From Leucoraja erinacea (lineage: Eukaryota): 64,000 nt of DNA. The notes beneath the pieces are model-generated. The model saw only the letters and a list, made by a program, of their open reading frames with translations. It did not search any database and had not been told where the DNA came from. The position numbers and the translations under genes are program-made. The stretch spans positions 32,674,001 to 32,738,000 of the forward strand of contig NC_073399.1 in assembly GCF_028641065.1 (NCBI RefSeq), read 5' to 3'. Below, piece by piece: positions 13,901 to 24,995 of the stretch (position 1 is its first letter; each line of letters opens with the position of its first letter).

Positions 13901-13961
13901 TACCTGCAATTATCGTTGGAAAGAATAAAAACGAAAAGCAGAGGAATATTTGCACAGCCAT
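1820..13961 (-). CDS. CD7: CD7-like / CD28-family single-IgV type I membrane receptor, 3'-partial: join(13904..13961, 7739..8083, 1820..1950); cytoplasmic exon not found
   Basis: Three exons with GT/AG boundaries and compatible phases (1,1,0). Translation: MAVQIFLCFSFLFFPTIIAG-QFVSQSPRTIYAERGESVSMTC...INITLKNLQKNDTDIYYC...STGTILFVT-DETKHNCATEEKCTFAVFKDPLMIAMIILTVASFLCALVLLIRH. Resembles CD7 as recalled (QEVQQSP, GASVNITC, no C-strand Trp, GSGTLVLVT, VISFL). Orthology is inferred, not tested. Confidence 0.65.
2130..2480 (+). mobile_element. Degenerate CR1 LINE 3' fragment
   Basis: Similar to the younger CR1 copies in the window (ORF2 end plus 3' UTR). Confidence 0.7.
2965..3180. mobile_element. 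Penelope-derived foldback element with a hammerhead-like core
   Basis: Inverted arms (atgctggagtaactcagc ... ttactccagca) around CTGAAGAAGGGTCTAGACCCGAAACGTC. Confidence 0.65.
3352..3537. repeat. Near-perfect palindromic Penelope-derived element
   Basis: ~75-bp arms inverted about tttcgggccgaaa; near-identical sister copy at 57532-57739. Confidence 0.8.
4940..7620. repeat. Complex repeat with GA/G-rich low-complexity tracts and three N runs (5529-5736, 5807-6068, 6594-6774); possibly non-autonomous Helitron/Helentron-like units
   Basis: Related blocks recur at ~5160-5340, ~6125-6590 and ~7180-7600; ends in ttttaaaagtatatagatagat. Family assignment is weak. Confidence 0.45.
7739..8083 (-). 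CDS. CD7: IgV exon of the CD7/CD28-like receptor
   Basis: Acceptor ttttacag|, donor |gtacgt, 345 nt, phase 1-1. B-strand Cys (SMTC), DTDIYYC, extra Cys pair (KLCY, LGCIG), 4 N-glycosylation sequons (NTS, NIT, NDT, NST). Confidence 0.9.
8672..9038 (-). mobile_element. Rex1/Babar-type LINE 3' fragment
   Basis: Nearly the same sequence as the 3' part of the 32920-34690 element. Confidence 0.75.
9550..9840 (+). mobile_element. tRNA-derived V-SINE (HE1-like)
   Basis: tRNA-like head, V-domain core (gggttttctc...ggtttcttcccacac) and CR1-like tail. Further copies at about 18720-19000(-), 20230-20520(+), 27670-27935(+), 28240-28490(+), 30320-30545(-), 35410-35685(-), 38110-38385(-), 40200-40430(-), 44510-44730(+), 45690-45890(-), 48034-48250(+), 57910-58130(-), 58255-58535(+). 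Confidence 0.75.
11245..11622 (+). mobile_element. Young CR1 (HER1-like) LINE 3' fragment
   Basis: [22 protein letters not shown]...; 3' UTR with tttctatg repeats. Confidence 0.85.
11815..12065 (-). mobile_element. L2 LINE 3' end
   Basis: Similar to the 63450-64000 element; (TTA)n tail. Confidence 0.65.
12715..13335 (+). mobile_element. Older CR1 LINE 3' fragment
   Basis: [10 protein letters not shown]...RTRGHRFKVRG...WNELPEE, frameshifted. Confidence 0.8.
13904..13961 (-). CDS. CD7: Signal-peptide exon of the CD7/CD28-like receptor (MAVQIFLCFSFLFFPTIIAG)
   Basis: ATG at 13961, hydrophobic 19-mer, phase-1 donor G|gtaag at 13904/13903 that matches the V exon. Confidence 0.8.
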
Positions 13962-14022
13962 ATTTCTTCCTTGCTGGTTGTTTCTGTCAAAAAATTTAAA
14001 ATCTGAGCTGGTATTCTAAGCA

Positions 14023-14330
14023 AGTTTCACTTTGAAGTCACTTTTGAAACCACACTAGATGACGCTGACAGGAAGATTAGATGCTGGTAGAAATAAAGAG
14101 ACGCAGGTGTTGGGTAATACACTAAAGGCCACACAATGCTGGCGTAGCTCAGCAGGTCAGACAGCATCGCTGGAGGACATGGAGGTGATATTTTGGGTCG
14201 GGACCCTTCTTCCGACTGATTATAGAGGGGAGAAGAAAGCTGGACTTCCACACTTTGTGTCATTTTGAAAATAGTTACTTGATGCTTTACACTCTGTTAT
14301 TCACAATGCAAGGGGAAATGAAACGGAAAA
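14023..14330. promoter_or_regulatory. Putative proximal regulatory region of the CD7-like gene
   Basis: IRF/ISRE-like AGTTTCACTTT 14023-14033, RUNX AACCACA 14048-14054 and EICE GGAAATGAAA 14314-14323, starting about 60 bp upstream of the ATG. Confidence 0.4.
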
Positions 14331-15528
14331 AATATGAAGTGATCTTAAAACCTGTGAATTATGTAAACATGAGGAAGAGCAGAGGCTGGTTTACAAATAA
14401 AAACACAAAATGCTGCAGTAACTCAGTGGGTCAGACAGCATGTCTGGAGAATATAAATGGGCAGACAGAAAAAGGGTCCCGACCTGAGATGTCACCTGTC
14501 CATATTCTCCAAAGATGCTGCCTGACCGCTGAAATACTCCAACACTTTGTGTGAATTTTGACATCATTTCTGAGTCCCAATTTCACAAAAAACAGACTTG
14601 ATTGAGTACGTAAAATATACTTGAATGTTAATGGTGTATGCTGGTCTGCAAAATGATTTCACATCGAGTTAAAACAAGTGTTAGAGAAAAGAGGACTGAT
14701 TAAATACGTTCATAAATTAAATATTTATTGAAAGATATTAGTGGTAGTTACTCCAGCACTTTGCATCTAGTTTAGTTTAATTTAGTTTAGTTTATTGTCA
14801 CGTGTACCAAGGTTAGGTGGAAAGATATTGTTGCGTGCTATCCAGCCAGTGGAAAAGCAATACATGATTAAAATCGAGCCATACACAGTGTACAGCTGCA
14901 TGATAAGGGAATATCGTTTAGTGTAAGGTGGAACGTAAAGCAAGCAAAGTTTGATCAAAGATAGTCTATCTTCAGTATAAACCAGTATCCGCAGTTCCTT
15001 CCTGCACACTTCGTTACAACATATTTGGGGCATTGCATGCTTTTCTGGTCACCCCACGACAGGAAGGATTTGTAATCGCTGCAGGTGCGGTTTACCAGGA
15101 TTAGAGAGTATTAGCTTAGCTTGTTTTCCCTAGAAAGCTGGAGTTTGAGTGGAGACCTGTAGCATGTCATAGATAGGACATAGACACAAAAAGCTGGAGT
15201 AACTCAGCGAGAGAGGCCACATCTCTGGAGGAGAAATGGGTGACGTTTCTGGTCAAGATCCTTCTTAAGACCCAAAACGTCTCCCATTCCTTCTATCCAG
15301 AGATGCTGCCTGGCCCGCTGAGTTCCTCCAGCTTTTTGTGCCTATCTTCGCTTTAAACCAGCATCTGCAGTTCCTTCCTACTCATAGATAGGACAGACAG
15401 TTAAAACCCTCAGGGAATAGCTTGCACAAGACCAGAAGAAATTGTAGAAAGTTGTGGATGTAGCCCAGCCCATCACAGAGACCATTGACTCCAGCTACAC
15501 CTCGTTCTGCCTTCAAAAGGTCTGAGGA

Positions 15529-16030
15529 GTCAAGTCAAGTCAAGTCAAGTTTATTTGTCACATACACATACGAGATGTGCAGTGAAATGAAAGTGGCAAT
15601 GCTCGCGGATTTTTTGTGCAAAAGACAAACAACAAAACAACCAAACAAATTATAAACACAATCATAACACACATATTCTTTTACATAATAAATAATAGAA
15701 GGAAAAACGTTCTGTAGAGTTAGTCCCTGGTGAGATAGGCGTTTACAGTCCGAATTGCCTCTGGGAAGAAACTCCTTCTCAACCTCTCCGTTCTCACCGC
15801 ATGGCAACGGAGGCGTTTGCCTGACCGTAGCAGCTGGAACAGTCCGTTGCAGGGGTGGAAGGGGTCTCTCATGATTTTGTTTGCTCTGGAGTTGCACCTC
15901 CTGTTGTATAGTTCCTGCAGGGGGGTGAGTGAAGTTCCCATAGTGCGTTCGGCCGAACGCACTACTCTCTGCAGAGCCTTCTTGTCCTTGGCAGAGCAAT
16001 TCCCAAACCAGATGGTAATGTTACCGGAAT
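15529..16030 (-). mobile_element. Rex1/Babar-type LINE 3' fragment
   Basis: ITIWFGNCSAKDKKALQRVVRSAE...SFFPEAIR; (GACTT)n tail. Confidence 0.8.
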
Positions 16031-16536
16031 GAACTGGAGTACATCTACAACGTGCTGCAACTCCTTGCGGTCTCGGGCAGAGCTGTTCCCAAACCCAGCA
16101 AGCCACAGTTTGCTCTCTACGGTGCATCATAGATGTTTTCAGTCACCGTAGACATGACTGAATTAATAATGTGTTATTGTCACATCTCACACTAGGTGTA
16201 GTGAAAAGCTTTATTTCACACATGACCGAGGCAGTACACGCGTGTCGCCACGTGTTGACGTTGACAAAGTTAGAAAAGTATCGGAGAGTCCTGTCTACTG
16301 CTGCACGTGGCAGCAGCCCCGCCACTCCCTTCCCACCCCTCACCCTTGTTCTTGCCGGGTTCCCCACTATTCTCACTGGCCCGCCACCAGGATCTCCTAT
16401 CGCTCCTGCTGGTCCATCGCACTCTCAGTGGCACGGCTTGGGGATGATTTGTCCGCGATGGTTGAGCCCGCCCGACCCATTGTCGGTCCATGGCGGACAA
16501 GACCTCCTCTCAGGTTGGTCCTCGGTGTGTGAGTTA

Positions 16537-17566
16537 AGAGCCTGTCCCACTTGGATGACCTAATTCACGAGTTTAGAAGACTCTAGATGAGTTGAAAAAT
16601 ATGTCAAGGCCGTGTTGACTCGCCAAAGTAAAAGACCTCCTACAACTATGTCTATGACCTCCTGAGACCCCCCTCGACCTCAGTCTTCCACACCTAAGAC
16701 CACCTACGACTAGCTACGAATGGAAAATGATCACATGATAAAATGATGTCACGTTTGCATTTTTTTTCTTGGGCCAGTTACCGACCCACGACTGCCATCA
16801 CGACCTTCTACGACCGACCTACGAGTAAAAAGTATCATTTTTTTCCATGCCGGCCTTTTTTTTACTCGTGGACATTTCTATCGGGCTGGAAAAAAACGCC
16901 GCGGCCTACTTGAAGCCACGAGTACGCGGAGACCACTCACGAGCATGAGGAAGAGTTACGGAGACCTCCTACGACCTCGTGGCGACCATGCTGCGAGTAT
17001 GAGTCATAGAAACATAGAAACATAGAAATTAGGTGCAGGAGTAGGCCATTCGGCCCTTCGAGCCTGCACCGCCATTCAATATGATCATGGCTGATCATTC
17101 AACTCAGTATCCCGTACCTGCCTTCTCTCCATACCCTCTGATCCCCTTAGCCACAAGGGCCACATCTAACTCCCTCTTAAATATAGCCAATGAACTGGCC
17201 TCAACTACCCTCTGTGGCAGAGAGTTCCAGAGATTCACCACTCTCTGTGTGTGAAAAAAGTTCTTCTCATCTCGGTTTTAAAGGATTTCCCCTCTATTCT
17301 TATGCTGTGACCCCTTGTCCTGGACTTCCCCAACATCGGGAGCAATCTTCCTGCATCTAGCCTGTCCAACCCCTTAAGAATTTTGTAAGTTTCTATAAGA
17401 TCCCCTCTCAATCTCCTAAATTCTAGAGAGTATAAACCAAGTCTATCCAGTCTTTCTTCATAAGACAGTCCTGACATCCCAGGAATCAGTCTGGTGAACC
17501 TTCTCTGCAGTCAAGGACAAACTCGGCAGAGGTCGCCAATTAGGTTGTGAGAGTGGGACAGGGCTG
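16537..17566. mobile_element. PIF/Harbinger-like non-autonomous DNA transposon interrupted by a CR1 insertion
   Basis: Imperfect TIRs agcctgtcccact ... agtgggacagggct, TAA/TTA-like flanks and internal ACGACC repeats; related fragments at ~21395-21695 and ~57750-57908. Confidence 0.65.
17005..17509 (-). mobile_element. Young CR1 3' fragment nested in the Harbinger-like element
   Basis: [32 protein letters not shown]...; AGTCA repeated at both junctions. Confidence 0.85.
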
Positions 17567-19409
17567 TTTAGGCCTGTTTTCTGTGATTGGCCCGGCCCAA
17601 TGCTCACCATGAATGCCCCATCCCAATGGTCACCAGAGTGTTCCAGCCCGCTGCCAAAATTCCTCAGTCTCCTAAGGAAGTGAAGGCATTAGTGTTTCTT
17701 CTTGGCTGTCGTATCAATATAGTTGGTTCATGACAGATCGCTGGTAGAAGCTATTGTACCATTGTAGACATATTATTCTGAGCTCTGTTGACGGAGGTGA
17801 GCATCAGGTAGACAAAGAAGAAGGATCAAAGGTGCGCTCCTTAAAGCCTTCCTGACGAAGAGCCAAAAAACAGGAATCCCACTGTTCCCTGGGAACCTCT
17901 AGTCCAAATATGCTCAGCTGGAGAAGAAGCATTCAGGATGTTGTTGGTATCCATGCATCAGGACCAACCAGAAATAAGCCTTGAGAATATAGTATCCAAG
18001 GAAGGATGATGTTGGTGTTAGAGAGGGTCCAGAGGAGGTTAATGAGAATGATCCGAGAAGTGATTGCGTTAACATATGATGAACGTTTGACAGCACTGCT
18101 CTCACTGGAGTTTAGAAGGATGAGGGGGCACCTCATTGAAACTTACCGAACAGTGACATGCCTGATAGAGTTGGTGTGGAGAGGATGTTTCCGCCTTTGG
18201 GAGAGTCTAGGACAAGAGGCCACAGACTCAGAATTAAAGGACATGCCTTTATAAAGGAAATGTGAAGGGATTTATTTAGTCAGTGTGTAATGGGCAATAG
18301 ACAATAGACAATAGGTTCAGGAGTAAGCCATAGTAAATCTATGGAATTTATTGCCACAGACGGCTGTGGAGGCCGTCAATGGATGTTTTTAAAGCAGATA
18401 TTGGTGGATTCTTGATTAGTACAGGTGTCAAGGATTATGGGGAGAAGGCAAGAGAATGTGGTTGAGAGGGAAAGATAGATTAGCCATGAATGAATGGCGG
18501 AATAGACTAGATGGGCCGAATGGTCTAATTCTGGTCCTATAATTTATGACCTTATGAACTAGTGTAAGCAGTGGAAGGAATGCACTACCTCATGAACTAT
18601 TCTTCCATCCCAGCCCTGTGCAAGAGGCAGTGATTATGATATTGGTCCCATTGTCCAGTTCAGATGCCACAACCTGGAGTGGATTTGTCATTTAATTTTA
18701 TATTTTGAGCCACAGCATGGAAACAGGCCCCTCAACCCACCATGGTCACCATCGATAACCCGTTCACACTCGTTCTACATTATCCCACTTTCACACCTCC
18801 TCCCTACACTTTAGCGGAAATTTCACGGAGGCCAATTAACCTGCAAACCCGCACGACTTCGGGATATGGGAGGAAATCGGAGCAACCGTAAGGAACTCAT
18901 GCGATCACAGGAAAAACATGCAAACTCCTTACAAACAGCACCCGAGGTCAGGATTGGATATGGTCCCTGGTAGGGCGAGGCAGTGCGCCACTGTGCCACA
19001 TTATGAAAGAGACTGCTTCAGATGAAGACTTCCATACGTACTCATTTTATTTTGCGGATCAGAGTTAAGTTTCCACTTCCCCGGGACTCTTTAAACATCT
19101 GCTGTTTCTAGCCTTTCACATATTTCTACCATTGTTATCTTTTCATCTGAAGACTGCGTGCAGACTTAGGTTAGTAGAACATCCGCAGGTGATTTCCTTC
19201 AAAGCATGTTTCAGTAAAGATTGAGAAGCAACATTGTGACCTTTAAATTTTATTTGCTTCTATCAACAAGAATAGTTCCGGTTAGAGCTCAGAAAGATAA
19301 ACTGAACTGAGCATAATAAAATGGAGCCCATCAAGGATGTGGGCAGGTGGCACATATATATCTTCTATATCTATATAGCATTCATTATTATTATTATTAT
19401 TTCTGAACC

Positions 19410-20037
19410 TGTAACATAGAACATAGAACATAGAAATTAGGTGCAGAAGTAGGCCATTCGGCCTTCGAGCCTGCACCGCCATTCAATATGATCATGGCTG
19501 ATCATCTAACTCAGTATCCCGTACCTGCCTTCTCTCCATACCCTCTGATCCCCTTAGCCACAAGGGCCACATCTAACTCCCTCTTAAATATAGCCAATGA
19601 ACTGGCCTCAACTACCCTCTGTGGCAGAGAGTTCCAGAGATACACCACTCTCTGTGTGAAAAAAGTTCTCCTCATCTCGGTTTTAAAGGATTTCCCCCTT
19701 ATCCTTAAGCTGTGACCCCTTGTCCTGGACTTCCCTAACATCGGGAACAATCTTCCTGCATCTAGCCTGTCCCAACCCCTTAAGAATTTTGTAAGTTTCT
19801 ATAAGATCCCCTCTCAATCTCCTAAATTCTAGAGAGTATAAACCAAGTCTATCCAGTCTTTCTTCATAAGACAGTCCTGACATCCCAGGAATCAGTCTGG
19901 TGAACCTTCTCTGCACTCCCTCTATGGCAAGAATGTCCATCCTCAGATTTGGAGACCAAAACTGTACGCAATACTCCAGGTGTGGTCTCACCAAGACCCT
20001 GTACAACTGCAGTAGAACCTCCCTGCTCCTATACTCA
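19410..20037 (-). mobile_element. Young CR1 3' fragment
   Basis: [18 protein letters not shown]...RGYGEKAGTGY* with one frameshift. Confidence 0.85.
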
Positions 20038-23000
20038 TCAAATCAGTATCTGTAACCTCAATGTTTCTGCTGCATTCTGCACACAGATGGTGCTATACTT
20101 GACTTTTCACCACTGGTTGTTGATCACAATCCAAAGAACACAGAACATAGAACATAAAACAGTACAGCACAGGACCAGGCCCTTCAGTCCACAATATCTA
20201 TGCCAAACATGATGCCAATACCCGCTAAATGGTGGCACAGCAGTAGATCTGCTGCCTCACCAGACCCGGGTTTGATTCTGACTACGGGTGCTCTCTGTAC
20301 AGAGTTTGTACATTCTCCCTGTGACTGGGTGGGTTTTCTCCCAATGCTCTGGTTCCCTCTCACAGTCCAAAGACATACAGGTTTGTAGGTTAATTGGCTT
20401 TGGGAAAATTGTAAATTGTCCCTAGTGTGTAGTAGAGTGCTAGTGTACGGGGTTGGTCGCTGGTGATTGCTCGGGGGAATGAAGGGCCTGTTTCTGTGAA
20501 GGGCTGTATCTCCAAAGTCGAAAGTAAAGTCTAAAGGTAATGAAGTTGACTTTTCATCACTGGAAATCAGAACAAAAGTTGCTGACCACAGTCCAAATAA
20601 CACTGAACATGGAACATAGAAGAGTACAGCACAGGAACAATGCTCATGCTGAACATCAGGCCAACACCAACCTCTATATCTGCCGTCACATAATCCATAT
20701 CCCTCCATTCCCTGTGTATCCATGTGCCTATTCAAAAGTCTCTTAAATGAAATACACAAATGGATAGGTGACATTTGAGACTGAAGATATAAGCTTAAGG
20801 CCAATATAAATACATAACATTTATCAGATATGCAGCCACATCTCATAAAGGGTTGTTCAGAGGTCCGTCAGTGTAAGTCCAGGCCATTCTGGAAGATCAG
20901 GGGAGAATGTAAAATGGAAGGAGCATCAAGACATCAGCAGCAACAACAAGGGGACAAGTATTGTAAAGGATGGCCTTGAGTTTGGAATTTGGAGAAGACT
21001 ACAATACTTTCACAAGATTACAAGATACATTTATTTGGCACATGTACCAATTGGTACAGTGAAATATGTGGTCACCATACAGCCATATGAATAATAAAGA
21101 GCACAGAACACGATAGCCTTTAACACAGACATCCCCACACAGCGGGATCAAAGTTTCCCACTGCGAGGGAAGGCTCCAAAATTCAGTCATCCTCCTCTGT
21201 TGTCGCCCCGCAGCTATGGGCGGCCCGATGTTCAGGCCCGCTCAGCTTGGACATCCGAATTGGCCACCTCCTACCGAAGTCCACGGCTCCCAAAGTCCAC
21301 AGGTCACGCTGGGTGGAGATTCAATGCTGGCGGCCCTCGGCAAAGGGCCCCAGGACTCCGCGATGTTGAAGTCAGCGCTGCCCGCCCGCCGGAAGTGGTT
21401 GCCGGAGGTTGCAACTAGTGGAAGGTCTTACCTGCAACCTCCAGCAACCAACTTCAACTAGCATTGCAATCGGCTTCGACTAAAAAATTACCGATTTTTA
21501 AAACGGCAACCTATTTTTAGTCGCAGCCGGTTTTTAATTTTTTTAAATAATCGCCGGAACTAAAAGAAGCGGAAACCACTTTCGACCATTAGGGAGACTG
21601 ACAAAAACCTCCGGGAACCGCACGGGAACCTTGGGTGTGGCGCAAAGTCTCCAGAGGTTTCCATTCAGGTTTCCTAAGTTGCTAAGGGGCATTACAAAGC
21701 ACAGTAACAGGGTTTAAAAAATGATCGCAGTACTCTCAGGCCAGGAATGATTATGTACTGAATGAGTGTTAGACAACAACAATCTTGCTTAATTTACAGA
21801 TTATAATGCCTTCTGAATTCCAAATTCGTGCAGGTTTGTATGTTAATTGGCTTCTGTAAAATTGTTCCTTTGTGTGTAGGATAGAATTAGTGTACAGGTT
21901 ATCAATCTTCTTCTGATCGTGTCCCCACACAAGATTAGAAGTTGTTCAGCCAGAGCTGAACACACTTCTCGGCATCTGCATACAATGGTGTCTGTCTTGC
22001 GCTGCTTGTGTTTCTCGGGCGTGTTGGTGGAAAGATTGGTGGAAACAGGGCTGCGACGTGATCGGTCTTTCCATGACCCCAGGTGATCAATGGTCGCCGT
22101 GGACTCGGTGAGCCAAAGCGCCTGTTTCCACGCTCTATCTTCAAAGCTAAAAAGCTAAAAACTTCTGAGATCATTGCTCTAAGTTATTGATATGTCAGTT
22201 TTAATTATGAGAAGCAAATTGCAATCGTTGACATAATTTCTAAACAACACAGCCGCATCTACTTCACCCACCCACACGCACTTCGAGATCTGAAGTAAAA
22301 GTGATCTTCAGATCAAGTTTCATTTGATAATGTCGCAATAACACGCACAGAAAATTCCAGAAATATTCAGCAGATCAGGTCAGGGCAGATCTGTAGGAAT
22401 GGAAACAGAACTAATGCTTCTAGTCAAATGCTTTCTGTCAGTCTGCAATACCAAGTGCAGACAACACTTTAATCTGCAACCCTCTGAAAATGTAACACAA
22501 GTCGTAAACAGGAAAGTAAACCACGATGAACAGTCATTACTCTCCAGGAGAGGGGGCGTGAATGAAGATTTCTCATCAGGCGGAATGGAAACAGGGTAAA
22601 CAAGGTGCAAGTCTAAAGAAGGGTCTTGACGAGAATGATCCCAGAAATGATTAGGTTATGATGAATGTTAGACAACATTAGGCCTGGACTCGCTGGAGTT
22701 TAGAGGGATGAGGGAGGGGGATCTCATTGAAACTTATCGAATAATGAAAGGACTGGATGTGGAATAGTGGAAGGAGTGCATGTGGAGAAGATGTTTCCAC
22801 TAATGGGAGAGTCTAGAACAACAGGCCATAGCCTCAGGCAAAAAAGATGTACCTTTAGAAAAGTACCTTTAGAATCTAGGACCAGAGGCTTTTGCCTCAG
22901 AATACAATGATGTACTTTTAGAAAGAAGATGAGGAGGAATTTTGTTAGTCACAAGGGCGGTGGATCTGTAGAATTCATTCCCACAGTCGGCTGTGGAGGT

Positions 23001-23501
23001 CAAGTCAATGGATATGTTTTAGGTGGAGATTGATAGATTCTTGATTAGCACGGGTGTCAGGGGTTATGGGGAGAAGGTAGGAGAATGGGAAAGGTGTTTG
23101 ACTGGCAGAGCAGAGGATGGAAAAAATCCAAAGTGATACAGATAAACTAAATGGCCACAGTCTGTTTCCCAATGAATCTAGAACTAGAGGCCATGAGTTT
23201 AGGATGAATGGGGAAAGATTTAAAAATAGACCTTATACACAGACGGAGTGTGTATTTGGAATAAGCTGGAGAGGCAGGTGCAATGACAATGTTTAAAGGA
23301 CAGAAGGTTAAGAGGTACAGGGACAGGAAAGATTAGAGGTGATATGACCAAATGCAGACTAATGGGACTAGCTCAGTTATAAATCTTGGTTGCCATGGAC
23401 GAATTGCATGGAATGGCCTGTTTCCATGCTGTCTGACCCTATGATACTTTGACAGAGCAGGAACAGGAATGACTGCCTCTATGTAGCATTACTGAAGGAG
23501 A

Positions 23502-24497
23502 GAGTGGTGGTGGGGAAGATGCTGGAGTCAATTATAAAAGAATAAAATAGCGGCACATTTGGATAGCAGTAACAGGATCGGCCCGAGTCAGCATGGATTT
23601 ACGAAGAGGAAATCATGCTTGACTAATCTTCTGGAATTTTTTGAGGATGTAACTAGGGAAATGGACAAGGGAGAGCCAGTGGATGTAGTGTACCTGGACT
23701 TTCAGAAAGCATTTGATAAGGTCCCACATAGGAGATTAGTGGGCAAAATGAGGGCCCATGGTATTGGGGGTAGAGTGCTGACATGGATAGAGAAGTGGTT
23801 GGCAGACAGGAAAGAAAGAGTAGGGATTAACGGGTCCCTTTCAGAATGGCAGGCAGTGACTTGTGTGGGTACCGCAAGGATCGGTGCTAGGACCACAGCT
23901 ATTTACAATATACATCAATGATTTAGATGAAGGGATTTAAACTAACATTAGCAAATTTGCAGATGACACAAAGCTGGGTGGCAGTGTGAACTGTGAGGAG
24001 GATGCTATAACAATGCAGGGTGACTTGGACAGGTTGGGGGAGTGGGCAGATGCATGTCAAATGAAGTTTAATGCGGATAAATGTGAGGTTATCCACTTTG
24101 GTTGCAAAAACAGGAAGGCAGATTACTATCTAAATGCTGTCAAGTTGGGAAAAGGGGAAGCGCAATGGGATTTGGGGGTCCTTGTTCATCAGTCAATGAA
24201 AGTAAGCATGCAGGTACAGCAGGCAGTGAAGAAAGCGAATGGCATGTTGGCCTTTATAACAAGAGGAGTTGAGTATAGGAGTAAATAGATCCTTCTGCAG
24301 TTGTATAGGGCCCTAGTGAGACCACACCTGGAGTATTGTGTGCAGTTTTGGTCCACTGATTTGAGGAAGGACATTCTTGCTATTGAGGGAGTGCAGCGTA
24401 GGTTTACAAGGTTAATTCCCGGGATGGCAGGACTGTCATATGCTGAGAGAATAGAGTGGCTGGGCTTGTATACTCTGGAGTTTAGAAGGATGAGAGG
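23502..24497 (+). mobile_element. CR1 LINE reverse-transcriptase fragment (pseudogenised)
   Basis: SQHGF...SCLTNLLEFFE...YLDFQKAFDKVPH and FADDTK motifs, with frameshifts and stops. Confidence 0.9.
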
Positions 24498-24763
24498 GGC
24501 CCTTGTTCAGACCCCTGTTAGAGTTAGAAGAGGGGTCCTGACCTGAAACATCACCTATCTTTGTTCTCCTGAGATGCTGCCTGACCCGCTGAGTTACTCC
24601 AGCACTCTGTGTCCTCAAATGAAATTTATGGACTCTTGCAATAAGTGGCACATCCAATGTTTGATGGAAATAGCTTGAGTCTTCAAATTCTGCATCAAGT
24701 ATTAAAATAGTTTATTTTCCATGACTCTTAGTTTTCTGCACAGTCAATAGACAATTAGAATTA

Positions 24764-24995
24764 GGGACGACAGATAGCACAATGGGCACAATGGGCTAAG
24801 AGTTTGGCTGGCGACCGGAAGGTAGCCGGTTCAAATCCCGCTTGGAGTGCATACTGTCGTTGTGTCCTTGGGGCAAGACACTTCACCCACCTTTGCCTGT
24901 GTGTAATGTAATGTAATTATGTGAAGCACTTTGGGGTCAATGCAAGTTGACTGAAAATGTGCTATATAAATAAGATTATTATTATTATTATTATA
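24764..24995 (+). mobile_element. CORE-type SINE with an L2-like tail
   Basis: tRNA-like B box ggttcaaatccc, core gtgtccttggggcaagacactt, tail gtgaagcactttg...aatgtgctatata shared with the L2 at ~1650-1690, (TTA)n end. Confidence 0.7.

Noticed and set aside
14255-14554. Plus-strand ORF containing KRKKYEVILKPVNYVNM, reminiscent of a CD28-type YxNM tail
   Set aside because: Wrong strand and wrong side of the receptor gene, no partner exons, and it runs into a repeat; probably chance
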